Origin: Epiperipatus broadwayi
Lineage: Eukaryota > Animalia > Onychophora
Assembly: GCA_028023455.1 (NCBI GenBank)
Contig: JAQFVV010000010.1
Span: forward strand, 7,936,001-8,000,000
DNA length: 64,000 nucleotides
Reading direction: 5' to 3'
Of the stretch, positions 13,379-26,639 are shown piece by piece. Under the pieces are notes generated by a model, which did not search any database, was not told the origin of the DNA, and saw only the letters and a program-made list of their open reading frames with translations. Numbering within the stretch: position 1 is the stretch's first letter; the number at the start of each line of letters is the position of its first letter. Made by a program: the position numbers and the translations under genes.

Positions 13379-14104
13379 GATTATTTATCTTTTCTACATG
13401 TGTGTGGTCATGTATATCAGTTGTATGAGATAGTGTGGGTGCTTGAAAGTCTGAGTTCAAATCCCCTATATTTACAATTAAGCTCCTGGTTTGTGAAGAA
13501 TGTCTGGTTTTCAGATAAATTTGAATATGATATCAAAACCTAGATATTGAAAGCAGCTTAGCATAATATTATAATAAACTTTTATATTTAAGATTTTCTT
13601 ATTTAAGTGTTTCTAGCAATGATAATTTAATTAAAAGTTAGTTTGTATGTCTATAGTCAAATATAATTTTCAATCTAGATTAAATGTTTTTTTAATAGTA
13701 TTTTTTATACAGTATTTGTATTAAAAGTTTAAATTATGTATTTGTGTAAGTTAATTACAATGAAATCTAAAATAAAATTATATACATTATATTATATGAA
13801 AAAAGAGAATTTTATCAAAAATAAAAAGATAACATTTCATATACTTTAAAATTTTATGTGTAATATATGATGAATAACTCAGGAGCCTGTATCTCAAAAA
13901 ATATTGCTTATGCCTGTATTATAATGTATAGAAAATAAAAACTTTTTTCCAATATATAGTTGAGACAAAAAAATATTTGATACAGCTGACATAAAGTTTG
14001 CAACAATTTTTAAAAATAAATTTTATTGAAGAAAAAAAATAAGCAGGCAAAAACAATCAGTATTTTTTTTTTGTTATATAAATTATATGTATATATAAAA
14101 TTTA

Positions 14105-14568
14105 GGTAGTGTTTGGTTAGCTGTACCCCAGCCGCTAGAGGCGCTGTTTCTGTGTAAACACACAGAAATATCTAGAGCAGGGGCCCTTTAAGCAGAAATG
14201 CCTGTTCTAACCGTTAGGTGGCGCTGTTCACCATGCATATGCACAGGAACCTTCCACATGCCAGCTGGCAGCAAAACTGCCCATCTGGTGGTGCTGGTTG
14301 CAATGCATAAGCCATGTAGCTTACATCGTCTGCTACCAACCACTACCAAGAACCTAGGTGGCGCTGATTGCCATAAACAGATCTAGCTTACGTTGTCTGC
14401 TACACCAAGATTCTAGCCCACTATGTGGGTGGCACTGTTTCTCCACGTTACACATGGAAAAACTACGCGAAATAATGCCTGCTTGATTTTTTTATGTCCA
14501 TACTACTTAAAACATGGATGCCCTATAATGTACAGTTGTGACTGGGGTACAGCTAACCAAACAGTACC
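14105..14568. mobile_element. MITE with 27-bp TIRs and probable 8-bp TSD (Merlin-like, GG termini)
   Basis: GGTAGTGTTTGGTTAGCTGTACCCCAG (14105-14131) versus CTGGGGTACAGCTAACCAAACAGTACC (14542-14568), one mismatch. Flanks AAAATTTA / AAAATGTA match at 7 of 8 positions. Confidence 0.8.
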
Positions 14569-14639
14569 AAAATGTATTATTATCCTTTTTGTTTTGATAA
14601 TAATAAATTAGCCAACATGTTTGAATATTGGCTAAAGAA

Positions 14640-15830
14640 AAGGTTTTTATATGTATTTATTTTTATTTAATGCAGCTGAGCACATTTTCAGTTTAGAAAA
14701 CCAGATTCATAGCACTTGTGGGTTATTTGATTTGCTGCAGTATTTATTGATAAACTACTAATTATTTAAATTAGCTATTCAAATATTCCACTTGTTTGAG
14801 AATTGTGTACAATTTTCCCTTTTGTGAATGATGTAATTGTTGTTGGTGATAAACCACACCTCTTTCACATTTCTTTTTCTGTCATCTTGCTTCATGCAAA
14901 GGCATGAACAAATTTTTGTTCATGCTGCCAAAAAATTGTTTTATATTTGGATTATTTTTTGTTTCCTTGTATAAATATTTATGTTGAAGATTCTTGTGGC
15001 GATATTTGCCCTCAATTCCCACAATATGCTACTTTGCAAGCAGCATTGCTGCATTTAATTTTGTGCACAATCTGAAATGTTTGGTCTGGGTAATTTGCTT
15101 TTAGTGTTGATTAATAATCTATTAAGATTAAATGGAGGAGATTTCTGAAACTTATACTGTATGTTGTAAAAGAGATCTTTTTTATTTTGTGTGTGAGTTA
15201 TGGGATATATGATATGCTTACCCATGGTTTGCTTTTCTCCTGGAATTGGATTGGTTGTTTTATATTTTTTATAGTAGTTTTTAATTAAGTTTAAATTTTG
15301 TAGTAGGCTATTCTGTATAAATTGTTTATGTAATCATCAATGTTTGCTTTTCTATCCACTTCATATTTGCAAAGTCTAAAATTTCTTATTAAGAAGCCAT
15401 TTATTCTGGCAAGTTAATGTGTCATAGAGATGAGGAATTGGGTGGGGGTATAGTGCCTCTAATTTCAAGTGGCTTTATGATCATTTTGAAATATGACTAT
15501 TATTTCTTTGGATAGGCATCTGGAGGTGTTTTTTGTTTGATCATTCATTTGAGGGACATTTTTTATTCTAATAATTCACATAGTTGTATCATTATTTCTC
15601 TGGGGGCACATAATATATCATTCATACACTGTTGGTATATAATATTAGGATATTTTTTTTTAAAATTGGGTATAATGCTTTCTTCGGCATTGGATAATGT
15701 TGGACTGTATCTAATGCCATTTATAGTTAGATCTATAGGCCGTGACTTTTCCATATTGTAAAATTTATTATCAAATTTTGCAGTGATATCTTTGTCAATC
15801 CAATTAAACATATATTATAAAATTTTGTTT
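14640..15830 (-). mobile_element. Decayed Penelope-like element (RT plus GIY-YIG)
   Basis: Minus ORF 15811-15563 KFDNKFYN...YSPTLSNA...KKYPNIIYQQCMNDIL (the RYVDD position). Then QIVHKIKCSNAACKVAYCG near 15080-15030, a GIY-YIG similar to that at 8480. Confidence 0.65.
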
Positions 15831-16350
15831 TTGAGGGTCGTATTCTGATCTAAGTAGTAACATTTATGTAATGTCTATAGTCTACATAAATATAGTGTAT
15901 ATTAAAGTGAATAACAGTTACATTTAATGTTTAAGTTTTCAGAAGTATATGAGCACTTTAAAGAAAAAACTTCTAATGGAAAGAGGAATTCAAAAAGAAT
16001 ATTGAATTCTTTTTCATCTAGAAAAATTATTAATTTGGTAAGATGTAAAACAGTATTAAAAGTAAATATATTATATCTATATTGTAGAGTATGAATATGC
16101 ATATTTATTTTTCAATTAAGATTAGCATAATATTCAATTAGTAATCAAATTTAATACCTAGCTGTAATGAATATGCATCAGATATCTGAAAAAAATCCCA
16201 AATATGAATACTAAATTTTTAGCTAATGAAAAATCTTCAAGCTGTATTTTGAGTATGACCACAGATTATGTCATAGTTAACTAATTGCAATTATACTATT
16301 ATGTGCTGAAAACATGTATTAGTTTTATCATTTTGTAAATAAATATCTTA

Positions 16351-16542
<192 letters not shown>

Positions 16543-19130
16543 TTACACAACTCTTTTTATTCATTATTTACTAATTTTTTATGGTCCTCTTAACTGCCTG
16601 AATAGTAACTAATTCAGGATATTAACTATGAAGAAAGCATAACATCACAATATTTATCAATTATATTTTTTTTTAAAAAATCAAAATTAAAATATTTATG
16701 GATAATGACATGATAAATTTAGATAAAATATCCAAATTAGGAAGTGAAAAGATGAAAATCTTTCAATGATGACAACATTATAGTTACGAAAAAAAGAAAT
16801 TGCATAAAATAAAAAATATATATAACAAAAAAAGAATCCCACTTAAGAATATAAAATTCTGTTAAAATTTATAAATGGTATTTAGTTTTTACAGATAATT
16901 AAAGATACATAGTTATAAGCAGTTAGAAAAACTAAAACTTGGCTAGATTATCGTGCAAATTGTCAAAATCTATGAAAAAAAAATCAGTTTAACTATTTGC
17001 CTAATGAAAATAGGGTTTTATATGACAATGTTTTGCCATACTTTAATTCTACCATAACATTATGAGAATTGTCTTTATGAAAATACTGTTTTTTAACATG
17101 AAAAATGAAAATAAGCAATCAAAATATTCAATTCTTATAAAATATTAAAAATGGTGGATCAGACACGGTAAAAAATGCCTCTCATTTGGTCTACACAAGC
17201 AGGTAAAAGACAGATATTTACCCAGAATTCACCCAAGTATTGAAAATCTTGAAGGTGACACCTTGACCACTCCTATCGATTAGTCATGCCAATGTTTCAG
17301 TTGCCATGACATTGTTTTGATTCTTCGTCAATGATATCTATCGGTGGGTTGTGTAGTATGTCATAGCTTAGTTAATACTAAAATACCAAAATAACTTTAT
17401 CAATTGGCCAGAAGAGGGGGATAGTGCAGTGGCAGAGTAGCAGACATTGGAATTCAAGGGCCATAAATTTCCTGTTGTATCATTTCTGTTGCTTGAACTA
17501 CTTATAAACTCCTGAATCAATAAACTATTCCATTATTTATTGATTTAACTGCTTAAAACTCAGAACAATGACTTTAATATCTTACAATTACTATTAATCA
17601 ATTCATTGGTATTATACTCTTACCAATTTTGTCATCACACTAAAATAACCAGTTAAAAAGCTCTTGATGTTGCGATTGATTTGATCAAAAGCTACATGGT
17701 AATTACGAATGATACGTTTGATAACAGGATTAATATTTGGCAAGCACATAGTCTCATTCACCCTATCACAATTCCCATAACACCACTACTTGCCCTGACC
17801 AATAATAAGATCATCTCCCTCTTCAGGTGCTGGGCTATGGACTGAAATTCTTTGATTTCATTATTAAGATAAATTTAAATGCCATAGGTGAGGCATCAAC
17901 AAAATTGACCCAATCTACCCCTTCTGACAGACTCATGACAAAACATTTGACCATCTGATTTACTCATGCCATGGACTCTGGAGGTCTAGAAGGATTATTG
18001 CTGATAATGTTAAAGTGAATTTTTACCTTGTTATCTCTCTTAAGGATAGTATTAAGACAAGATCCATCCCTACTATTAGGCTGTCATTATTTATCAACTA
18101 TGCATTCTGGTCTACTCATTGTAAAATGGTTTTCAATCCTGGTGCAATTCATGAAGGAAAATTCTTTCTGAATAAACTTATAAAATTTAAAAACTGTGAC
18201 ATGCTCCTAGCTCCAAAAGTATTATTCGAGGAAACATGGACTCTGATTGCATTGTAAGGATGATTGCTGGTAAAACGCTTTGTTTCTTCTGTCTAAGATA
18301 TTGTTAAAAGTGATTTTGTTAATAATCAGAGGTTCAGATCCTTATATTATCAAAATGGATAATATTTAACTGAATACATCAGATTTAGCATAAGTACCTA
18401 AGCCTTCATAGTTGTAGTGATTTTTCCAATGGTGATCTGACCAAACTCTAGATTGACTAAGTGACTCTTGGTAGTGTGAGGCAATTTGTCTAGGTGAGTT
18501 GGATGAGCTTAATTGGCCTACTTGTGTGTTAACAGTAGACCAGATATTTGGGTTTACTTCTTGCCCAGAATAATACTATCTTATATTTATTTATAATCAT
18601 GTAATTCTTCTTTATGTTTGTAATTCTAGCTTTCCTTTTAATTTACCATATATACATAATTGTCACTGTAAACATTGTACTTGTTTAATAAATACTTGAA
18701 AAAAGCTCTTCTAGGACAATTATATCATAGCTTACAATACCACTTTTCAGATGTCTGTGAGTACATTGCTAGTTTTCCAGTATAGATGTGAACTTCAGTA
18801 ATGTTAAAAGTCACAAATCAATTGTCTTGCAAAAGCTGATTAGTTGGATGTCAAATTTAATAAAAGTATATTACAGATAAATTGACTGGCTGCTTGTTTA
18901 AATTTTGTTAAAGAGTTCTTAACTTATATAACAATTGATATGAATTGTTCAAAAATTTTCTTGATTAAATATTTCACATTAGACAGGATGATCAAATGAT
19001 ATGTGTAAAATCAAAACATAAACTTCCATAAGGTAAATGTACAAGGGGATAATCGTTTTTTTTTTTTTAAACTTCAAATATTAGTTTTTGAATATTTTCA
19101 AATATGAAACATTGTATTTCTTGTTCCAAA

Positions 19131-19760
19131 AGAAGTTTGTTTGTGCCTCATTGCCAAGTGCCATGAGGCCAAAGTCAAAATTTACAATATAATATTAACA
19201 TAGGTAAAGGACAATAATATAGTTAGTCCACATGGAGAGTCCCCAACTAGATGAGGTATCTCATAAAGACTCCGCTCACCTGCCCAGAGACTCCACATAC
19301 ACACAAAACACTGTCCAAGTTACAAAATTATAAAACAATTTTTTACAGACTAAAAATTCCATAAATTACATGGCCAGATCATAAATACATTACAATTGGA
19401 AAGTTGCAATATAAATGAACTGATTATTATCCTGCCCATCCAGATTACAAAACATATCACTTCAAATGTACATGAAATACATCTATTCAAATAATTTCAA
19501 AAACATAAACACAATATAGTTTTAATATTTACAAGGATTGTAAAACTATTCTTCATCCATCCAGAACTGCAGTGACTCCATTCCGTCATTCTGCAGACCT
19601 GGATTACCCATTAGGCAAAGTATCCCATTCAGAGGGTAGAATTCACAACGACTAATAAATATTTCAACACCCTGACTAAGGAATATTGGATTTCTTTATA
19701 ACAATTTAAAAACAATTAGTGTATTGCTTTAGAGATGGATATAAATCTAGATACATGCAA
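19131..19760 (-). mobile_element. Probable 3' end of a decayed L2/CR1-type LINE
   Basis: The minus strand ends in the hairpin GCCTCA-TGGCACTTGGCAA-TGAGGC followed by a (CAAA)n tail. The upstream sequence is GC-enriched but no clean ORF remains. Confidence 0.35.
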
Positions 19761-22700
19761 AATGGTGTTTGTGAATAACCAGTAAGTATTCAAATTTGGC
19801 TGAATTGAAATATTTACAACAAATTCAAAATGAAGAAATTGTCAATTAAATCAGCAGAGGTGCTAGTAATTAGAAATATATAAAATTTTTGTTACATTTA
19901 CGTATAAATGTGCGGGTGCATGTGTAAATAATATTCACAAAATTAGAAAAAATTTGCTAAAAATATTAACAAAATAATTACTGAAATTTTAGATAATTAA
20001 ATGTTTAGATTTAATAAATATTTTTAAAATAAAAAAATATAAAACCTAATGAAATTATTGATGTTAAAATATTAATAATTTTTTATTAATCTAATAATGT
20101 TTATTGACAAATATTTATTACTCTAATAAGATTTGTTAATAAATGAATAAATGTAATTTTATTTATTTGTTTATAAGAAATTGATGTTAAACATTTATTA
20201 TTATTATTATTTTATTGTTTTATATTTCAACAATGAATACACCTTCATGCTAATTGAGAAAAAATCTTTAGGATCTCTTCTGATTATGGTACTATGGAGT
20301 AGCCCTCGAAATAAGCTACCAGAAGAGATGCATTGTGGAAAATTTTGACATCATAGGAGAAAATCTATAAATACCAGTAATAAATTAAAATGAGAGGCCA
20401 ATCTATAAAATTTTCAGGGTAGTGTAAGATCAGTCTTGTTTTTATGGAAAATCACTACTTTTGTATCTACTTATCCAAGGATGACGAATATTTATCTAGA
20501 GTCTATTCTAGAGAGTCAGGTCCACTCCATTTCAATAGCAATGATGGATATATGTTAAACTAAAATATAAAAGGAAAAATAACTCATTTTTAAAAAAATT
20601 TCAGTTAACAAAAATTAAAATTTGCAATATTGAAATTCTAGAATGTCTGACTAAAAATTTGTTTAAAGGATTTAAATTGCATTTCTTCAATTTCAAAGGA
20701 ATATGTTTTTAAAATGTGTTCCAATAAAATTTTGAGTAATTATCCCAGAATCTTATCCAATAAGGGAAGCTTTTGGCTAAATAAATTGGAAGTGACTCAT
20801 ATATAAAGGAATAAATAATATATTGTTATTGAATAGAAATGATTGAAATAATTTCCTTTAAAACATCATAAATGTGAAAACAGTATAGAGACATAGTATT
20901 TGTCTTGATAGATAGTTACTTAAGAGATTTTATTTGTTGTACATGCAACTATCAAAAGAATTAAGGAGATTATGGGATATCAAAATATACATTTAATATC
21001 TAAGATAAATATTTTCCAAAATAGATTAAATTGATTGTGATAATTTCATTCTTCCATAAACTTGAATAATAGTGCTACAAATCGGTGTTTGAATCCTATC
21101 ATCGATAAATTGGGGAATGTTCAGTATAGGATTGCCATATAAACTTTATATGAATGATGTATTAGTTAGTTATGATTTTATGAATAGTTTGATAAATTAT
21201 TAGAGTAGTAAATATACTAAATCTAACCACAAAGCTCCATTTGAAATCCAGATATTACGTTTTGTATTCAATATTTAAGGCCATAGTCTGATAGATAAGT
21301 GAAAATGAATACAGATTAAATTTTTGTTAGTGAAGGATTGCATTTTTAACCATCATTTTAAATTTATTTAAAATATAAATATGAAGTTATATTTCATCAC
21401 TTGTGAATTTTCTTTTAAAGTTCCTTTCTCTATCCATGTTTGATACCTAGAAGTAGTATATTTTCAGGATAAAGTTTATTTATAATTGGTTCATTAAATA
21501 CTAGGTATTAAAATATATGATAGATTTAATTTAAAATTACGAGTTGAGATTTGCTGCTGTGATATAATTTATATACCAGTTCTACCGGAGAAATATTAAA
21601 ATACTCTATCCTATAGGTGCTTGAAACCTTACAGTAATAACATTTAAATTCAAACTCGAGTTATCGGATAAAGAAAGTGACAAATGTGTATTAAATTTAT
21701 AATTTTGAGATATTTAACTTGATTACGTGTTCAAAGTAGAAATGGGATGAAACATTGCAATCCATCTCCTATAAAATATATAACGTATTGCTACATATAC
21801 CGTGAGTTTATATATCAAATGTAGATATTATCAATATGCCCCATACACTTTTAAAAAGAGCTGAAACATTCATCTTTAATATTTTTTTGTCATATGGAGA
21901 TAATTCACATTATAAATATTTATCTTTAATATTTGCAGTCATATAATGCTTTATTATTATTATATTGTTTTATTATTTACATGAAATAAACAATTTTGTT
22001 ATTTTTGTTAAAGTATATGGTATTATTCTTTGATCATCGTTTTGATATTATTTAAGTTCAAGTCAAGACATTACACTGCTGATTTATTTAAGGTTACTTA
22101 AATAAATCAGTTATATTTGATATTTGAATCCAATAAGTTAAAAGTAGAATGCGTACATAAAAATCCATAATACGCATATTCATCTTGATAGTAGTAAATG
22201 TTTATCAAAGAATTCTTGATAGTAGTAAATGTTTATCAAAGAAAAGCTCGAGATAATTATCATGATAAATCTTAATGAATATTTTTATTAAGAGAAACCC
22301 TGAGAATATATAATTAATGAATAGATAAAACAAAGTTATATAAGTACGAAATTATTTAGTAATAAACCAGTGATTGTTGAAATATTATATAAATTATATT
22401 TTTAAGTTTAGTAGTCAAGATTTAAATCCCTGAGAAATTGTACATTTACATTGATTATTTATTTTGGTGGAAATAGAGTGAGTGCGTTCGTGTGAGTTAG
22501 TATTATAAAAGCTCAACCATATGCGAATGCGTTTTCGGTACACGTAAACGCAACCGGAAGTGCGTTTTAATTTTTCTCTCGCTCCGATTTTCATTTTAGC
22601 AGAATTAATCTCTTGCTCAGCAGTCTCTTTCAGACAAAGTTAGACTGAGAGATTACAATATATGTTAATAATTAACAATAGTGCTACAGAATGAAGTAAC

Positions 22701-24131
22701 CCAACAGACAATAAAGTGAAAGATATGCAAAGAACTTGGACCCCTACTTAATTATTTTGTTCTATAATGCAATCATTAATGTATACACCTAATTCTGTTT
22801 TTACACGATAGATTGGTTACTAAAAATTACATGTAAAAAAAGCGCATAAAAAAATACATTGTATATATATATGGAAAATTAGAAGATTGGTTCTGGACCT
22901 AAGAAATCAACGAAAATGATGAAATAAATCATTTGAGAAATGAATCTTATCTTTTTTGTGTATTATCAAATTTTATTTTATAAACATTGCACATAAATAA
23001 AAATGAATTATAGGAACATAAATTTCATTTAAAATACAAAAAAGAAAAATTTATGAATAAAGGATATTACTATGTATTGGTCAGGCTTAACATGATTCAA
23101 TGATTTATATTTATATAATTTACATGGGCGCCACCAGAACACACACACACATATATATTTAAAACATTTTATTTAATAATATAATGATGATTATTAGACT
23201 AGATCAAGGAAAACACAAATTACTACTGATGGATGCATACAGACCATACAATCTTGCATATAAAGAAGTTAAGAAAGTTTGATTACAAATATAATTATTA
23301 AATAATATAGAATTTAATTTTCTTTTAATAAAGTCCTATTGATCTTTATACATTATTGTCTTATTCCATATGAAGGCAGAAAGACAATTATTACACATAA
23401 AAGTTCAATATTTCATTACTAAGTTCAATTTGAAACTTCATTTGCATTAATATTAATATATGTATAGATAATAGAGTATATTTGTTGTACATTGAACCTG
23501 ATTTCAATTAACTTAAAACACAACTCTATGTATGAACTCATAAATATAAAACATTTCTCTGATTCCTATGTCTCCTAGTATCAACACATAGACATATTTG
23601 ATATGGGATAAGCATCAATGCTATCTTTATAACAATAATTATAAGAAATGGTCTTTTTAAGATCCTAATCTCAATTCACTAAAGCATAAACATTATCTTT
23701 AAATGACAACAACTATAAAAAATAGCCTTCCCCCCTAATTCTAATTCAATATAAGTACAATATATAGGGATGACTAGCTATGATATCGATCTCTAATTTA
23801 TAAAAACCAGATAGGGAATATATTCTCCCAAGTTGATGGGAATATACAGAATTGCTTAACAATGGACAAACAACTGCATGTATAGAATATAAATTCATCT
23901 ATATAAAATCTAATTCTCAATTATTAAATATAGGGTTAATTATAAATGAATGAACCTAATGGATATAACTACATTATTAACTATAGTTATTTAAGCCTTG
24001 TATAATTCATGAGCAAGCATTGCATTTTACACTTTATCATTATTTCTTATTCGTTTCTTTTAAAGTAATAATTGGTGCAACATAATATATATATAGTTAC
24101 ATATATTAAAGAATGTTTTTATAATATTAAT

Positions 24132-25945
24132 TGCAGAAAGGTTTATGCATAAAATCCCTATATAGTGCCTACTCAGCCAATATTCCCAAACTAGTTTCTA
24201 GCTTGTGATTTTTATCAATGAGCTTGGATCTGAGAGCACTGCAACTAGATCTTAGGATTTAATGCAACCCTCCAGCAGCCACCTTTTACCTTATTAGATA
24301 ACTATAAAGCATTGAGTCCAAAATGAAAACACAATAATATTTTCAATTTGAGCTCGTTAGTTTACATAGTCATATAGATCCAAACTCAGTTCAGCATCAA
24401 TACCTTTTGGTCTCTTTGGTTATTTAATAACCACAGCCACCATAATCCTATTGAGCAGGATTGGTATTAAACCACTAAACATTACATGATCACCATTCTT
24501 TATGCATACCCAAGCTGTTTTCATAGAGGCAAAACTCTCCATACAGTAGCACAACTCAGTGCAAGCCAGAGTAATCAGCGGGTGCAGGAAGGTTTTTGCA
24601 TAAAATTCATATTATAGTGCTTATTAATCCAATATCCCCAGACTAGTTTCTAATTTGTGGATTTTATCATTAAGGAGCCTCAGATCTGAGAGCACTGCAT
24701 GCAGAATTTAGGATTTAATACAGCAGCTTTGAGTTCAAAATGAAAACACAATAATGTTTTTAATTCAAACTCATTAGCTTGTATAGTCCTACAGATCCAA
24801 ATTCAGTTCAATATCCATACTTTTTGGTATCTTTGATTCTTTAATAACCACAATTACCATAACGCTGTTGTCCAGGATTGCCATTAAACCACTGAACATC
24901 ACATGATTACCATTATTTATGCTTACATAAGCTGATTTCACAAAGCAAAATTCTCTACACAGTAGCATTCATTACTCAGTGCAAGCAAGAATAATAAAAT
25001 GGATGCAGGAAGGTTTTTGCATAAAATTCGTATTCTAGTGCCTACTCATCCAATATTCCCAGACTAGTTTCTAGCTTGTGGATTTCATCATTGAGGAGCC
25101 TTGGATCTTAGGATACTCTCCAGCAGCCATATTTTACCTTATTAGTTAACTACACAGCTTTGGGTCCAAAATGAGAAACACAATAATATTTTCAATTCAA
25201 GCTCATTAGCTTGTGTAGTCCTATAGATCTGAACTCAGTTCAACATTCATACTTTTTTTGGTCTTTGGTTCTTTAATAATCACAGTCAACTTTGTGCAGG
25301 ATTGGTATTAAACCACTAATCATCACATGATCACCATTATTTATGCTTACACAAGCTGTTTTCACAGAGGCAAAACTCTCCATAGAGTAGTGCCACTCAG
25401 TGCAAAACAGAGTAATCAATGGCTTGCACTGAGTGGTGCCTCTAGGTAAACAGTTTGTTTAAGCATAAAGAATGGTGAACATGTGATGTTTAATGGTTTA
25501 ATACCAATCATGCCCAATAAGATAATGGTGACTGTGGTTATTAAAGAGCCAAAGACACCAGAGAGTATCGGTGCTAAGCACCCATACTCTCTGGTGTCTT
25601 TGGCTCTTTAATAACCACAGTCACCATTATCTTATTGGGCATGATTGGTATTAATGTTTTTTTCATTTTGGACTCAAAGCTTTATAGTTATCTAATAAGG
25701 TAAAAAGTGGCTGCTGGAAGGTTGCATTAGATCCTAAGATCTAGGTACAGTGCTCTTGGATCCAAGGCTCTTCATTGACGAAAGCCATGAGCCAATACTA
25801 CATAGGGATTTTATGGACAAACCTTTCTGCATCCATTGATTACTCTGGCTTTCACTGAGTGGCACTACTGTATGGAGAGTTTTGCCTCTGTGTAAAGTGT
25901 AAGGATAAAGAATGGTGATCATATGGTGTTTCGTGGTTTAATAAC
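24132..25945. repeat. Hammerhead family 2: three tandem monomers (451, 421, ~418 bp) followed by inverted segments; retrozyme-like array
   Basis: The unit start TGCAG(A/G)AAGGTTT recurs at 24132, 24583 and 25004. Each unit contains CCCAGACTAGTTTCTAGCTTGTGG.TTTCATCA.TGAGGAG (HHR on minus). Fold-back at ~25405-25425, a 71-bp perfect hairpin at 25498-25654, and plus-sense unit sequence to 25945. Confidence 0.9.
25056..25097 (-). ncRNA. Hammerhead motif family 2 (C3A variant)
   Basis: Minus strand: UCCUCA AUGAUGA AAUC-CACAA-GCUA GAAA CUAG U C UGGGAA. Palindromic ACUAGU stem III and GUC site, but position 3 is A. Confidence 0.55.
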
Positions 25946-26639
25946 ATATACCTATAATGACAAAATTTTTTCTCCACAACTGACAATTTCTATGCATAAT
26001 ATCCAAATGACTATCATTTAAATATAAACTCAGAATGATGAGGATAAAGTTGAAACAGTCTTTTAAATATAAAACTTAGAAAATAAAATAGTTGTCATTT
26101 ATTTCTTCTTCCTGATAAATGTTAAACAGTTCATATGGGATTATAATATGCTTTTAAAAGTTCCAACCATGCTATCTGAAATTAGCATTGTTCTGCATTT
26201 TTATTGGAAATTTTTGAAGTAATCCAACTATTCCATGTTAAATATATATAGTTGGTGGTGTTACTTTCTTTTATTTCTATTCATTAAACATAGTAAAAGT
26301 TTGATAGGTCTGAATAAGAAAAGTAAAAGATTAGTTCTTTTTTGGAACAAATCATTGTAGTTCTTTTTTTTTTTAGAAAAAAGCAAATTTGCATATTAAT
26401 TTGATTGCTTAGAGAATTTTTTTTAAATTGAAATGAATAATAGATTGTTCATTTTAAATTGAAAACAAAAACAATAACTTATTCTTTTCATGTCCATTGG
26501 GCATTTTATAAGCTGTTTATTCAGTCATTGGTTAATAAAATAAGATCATTCAGTTGTAGTTTGATAATAAAGTCTACCTGAGAGCTTTTTCTTTTATGGA
26601 AACTGGAGAAGAAGCAATTGTTATGGGGAAAAAATTGTG

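Larger units (their letters stand above)
13055..13474. repeat. Hammerhead family 1, fold-back pair (minus arm 13055-13284, plus arm 13283-13474)
   Basis: The arms are reverse complements ending in TAAATATAGGGGATTTGAACTCAGAC and GTCTGAGTTCAAATCCCCTATATTTA. Each arm carries one HHR motif. Confidence 0.85.

Noticed and set aside
13490-14635. Further decayed PLE-end hammerhead remnants (13493-13530; 14608-14635; also 22183-22255)
   Set aside because: Each lacks either CUGANGA or GAAA. Consistent with dead PLE ends but not supportable individually.
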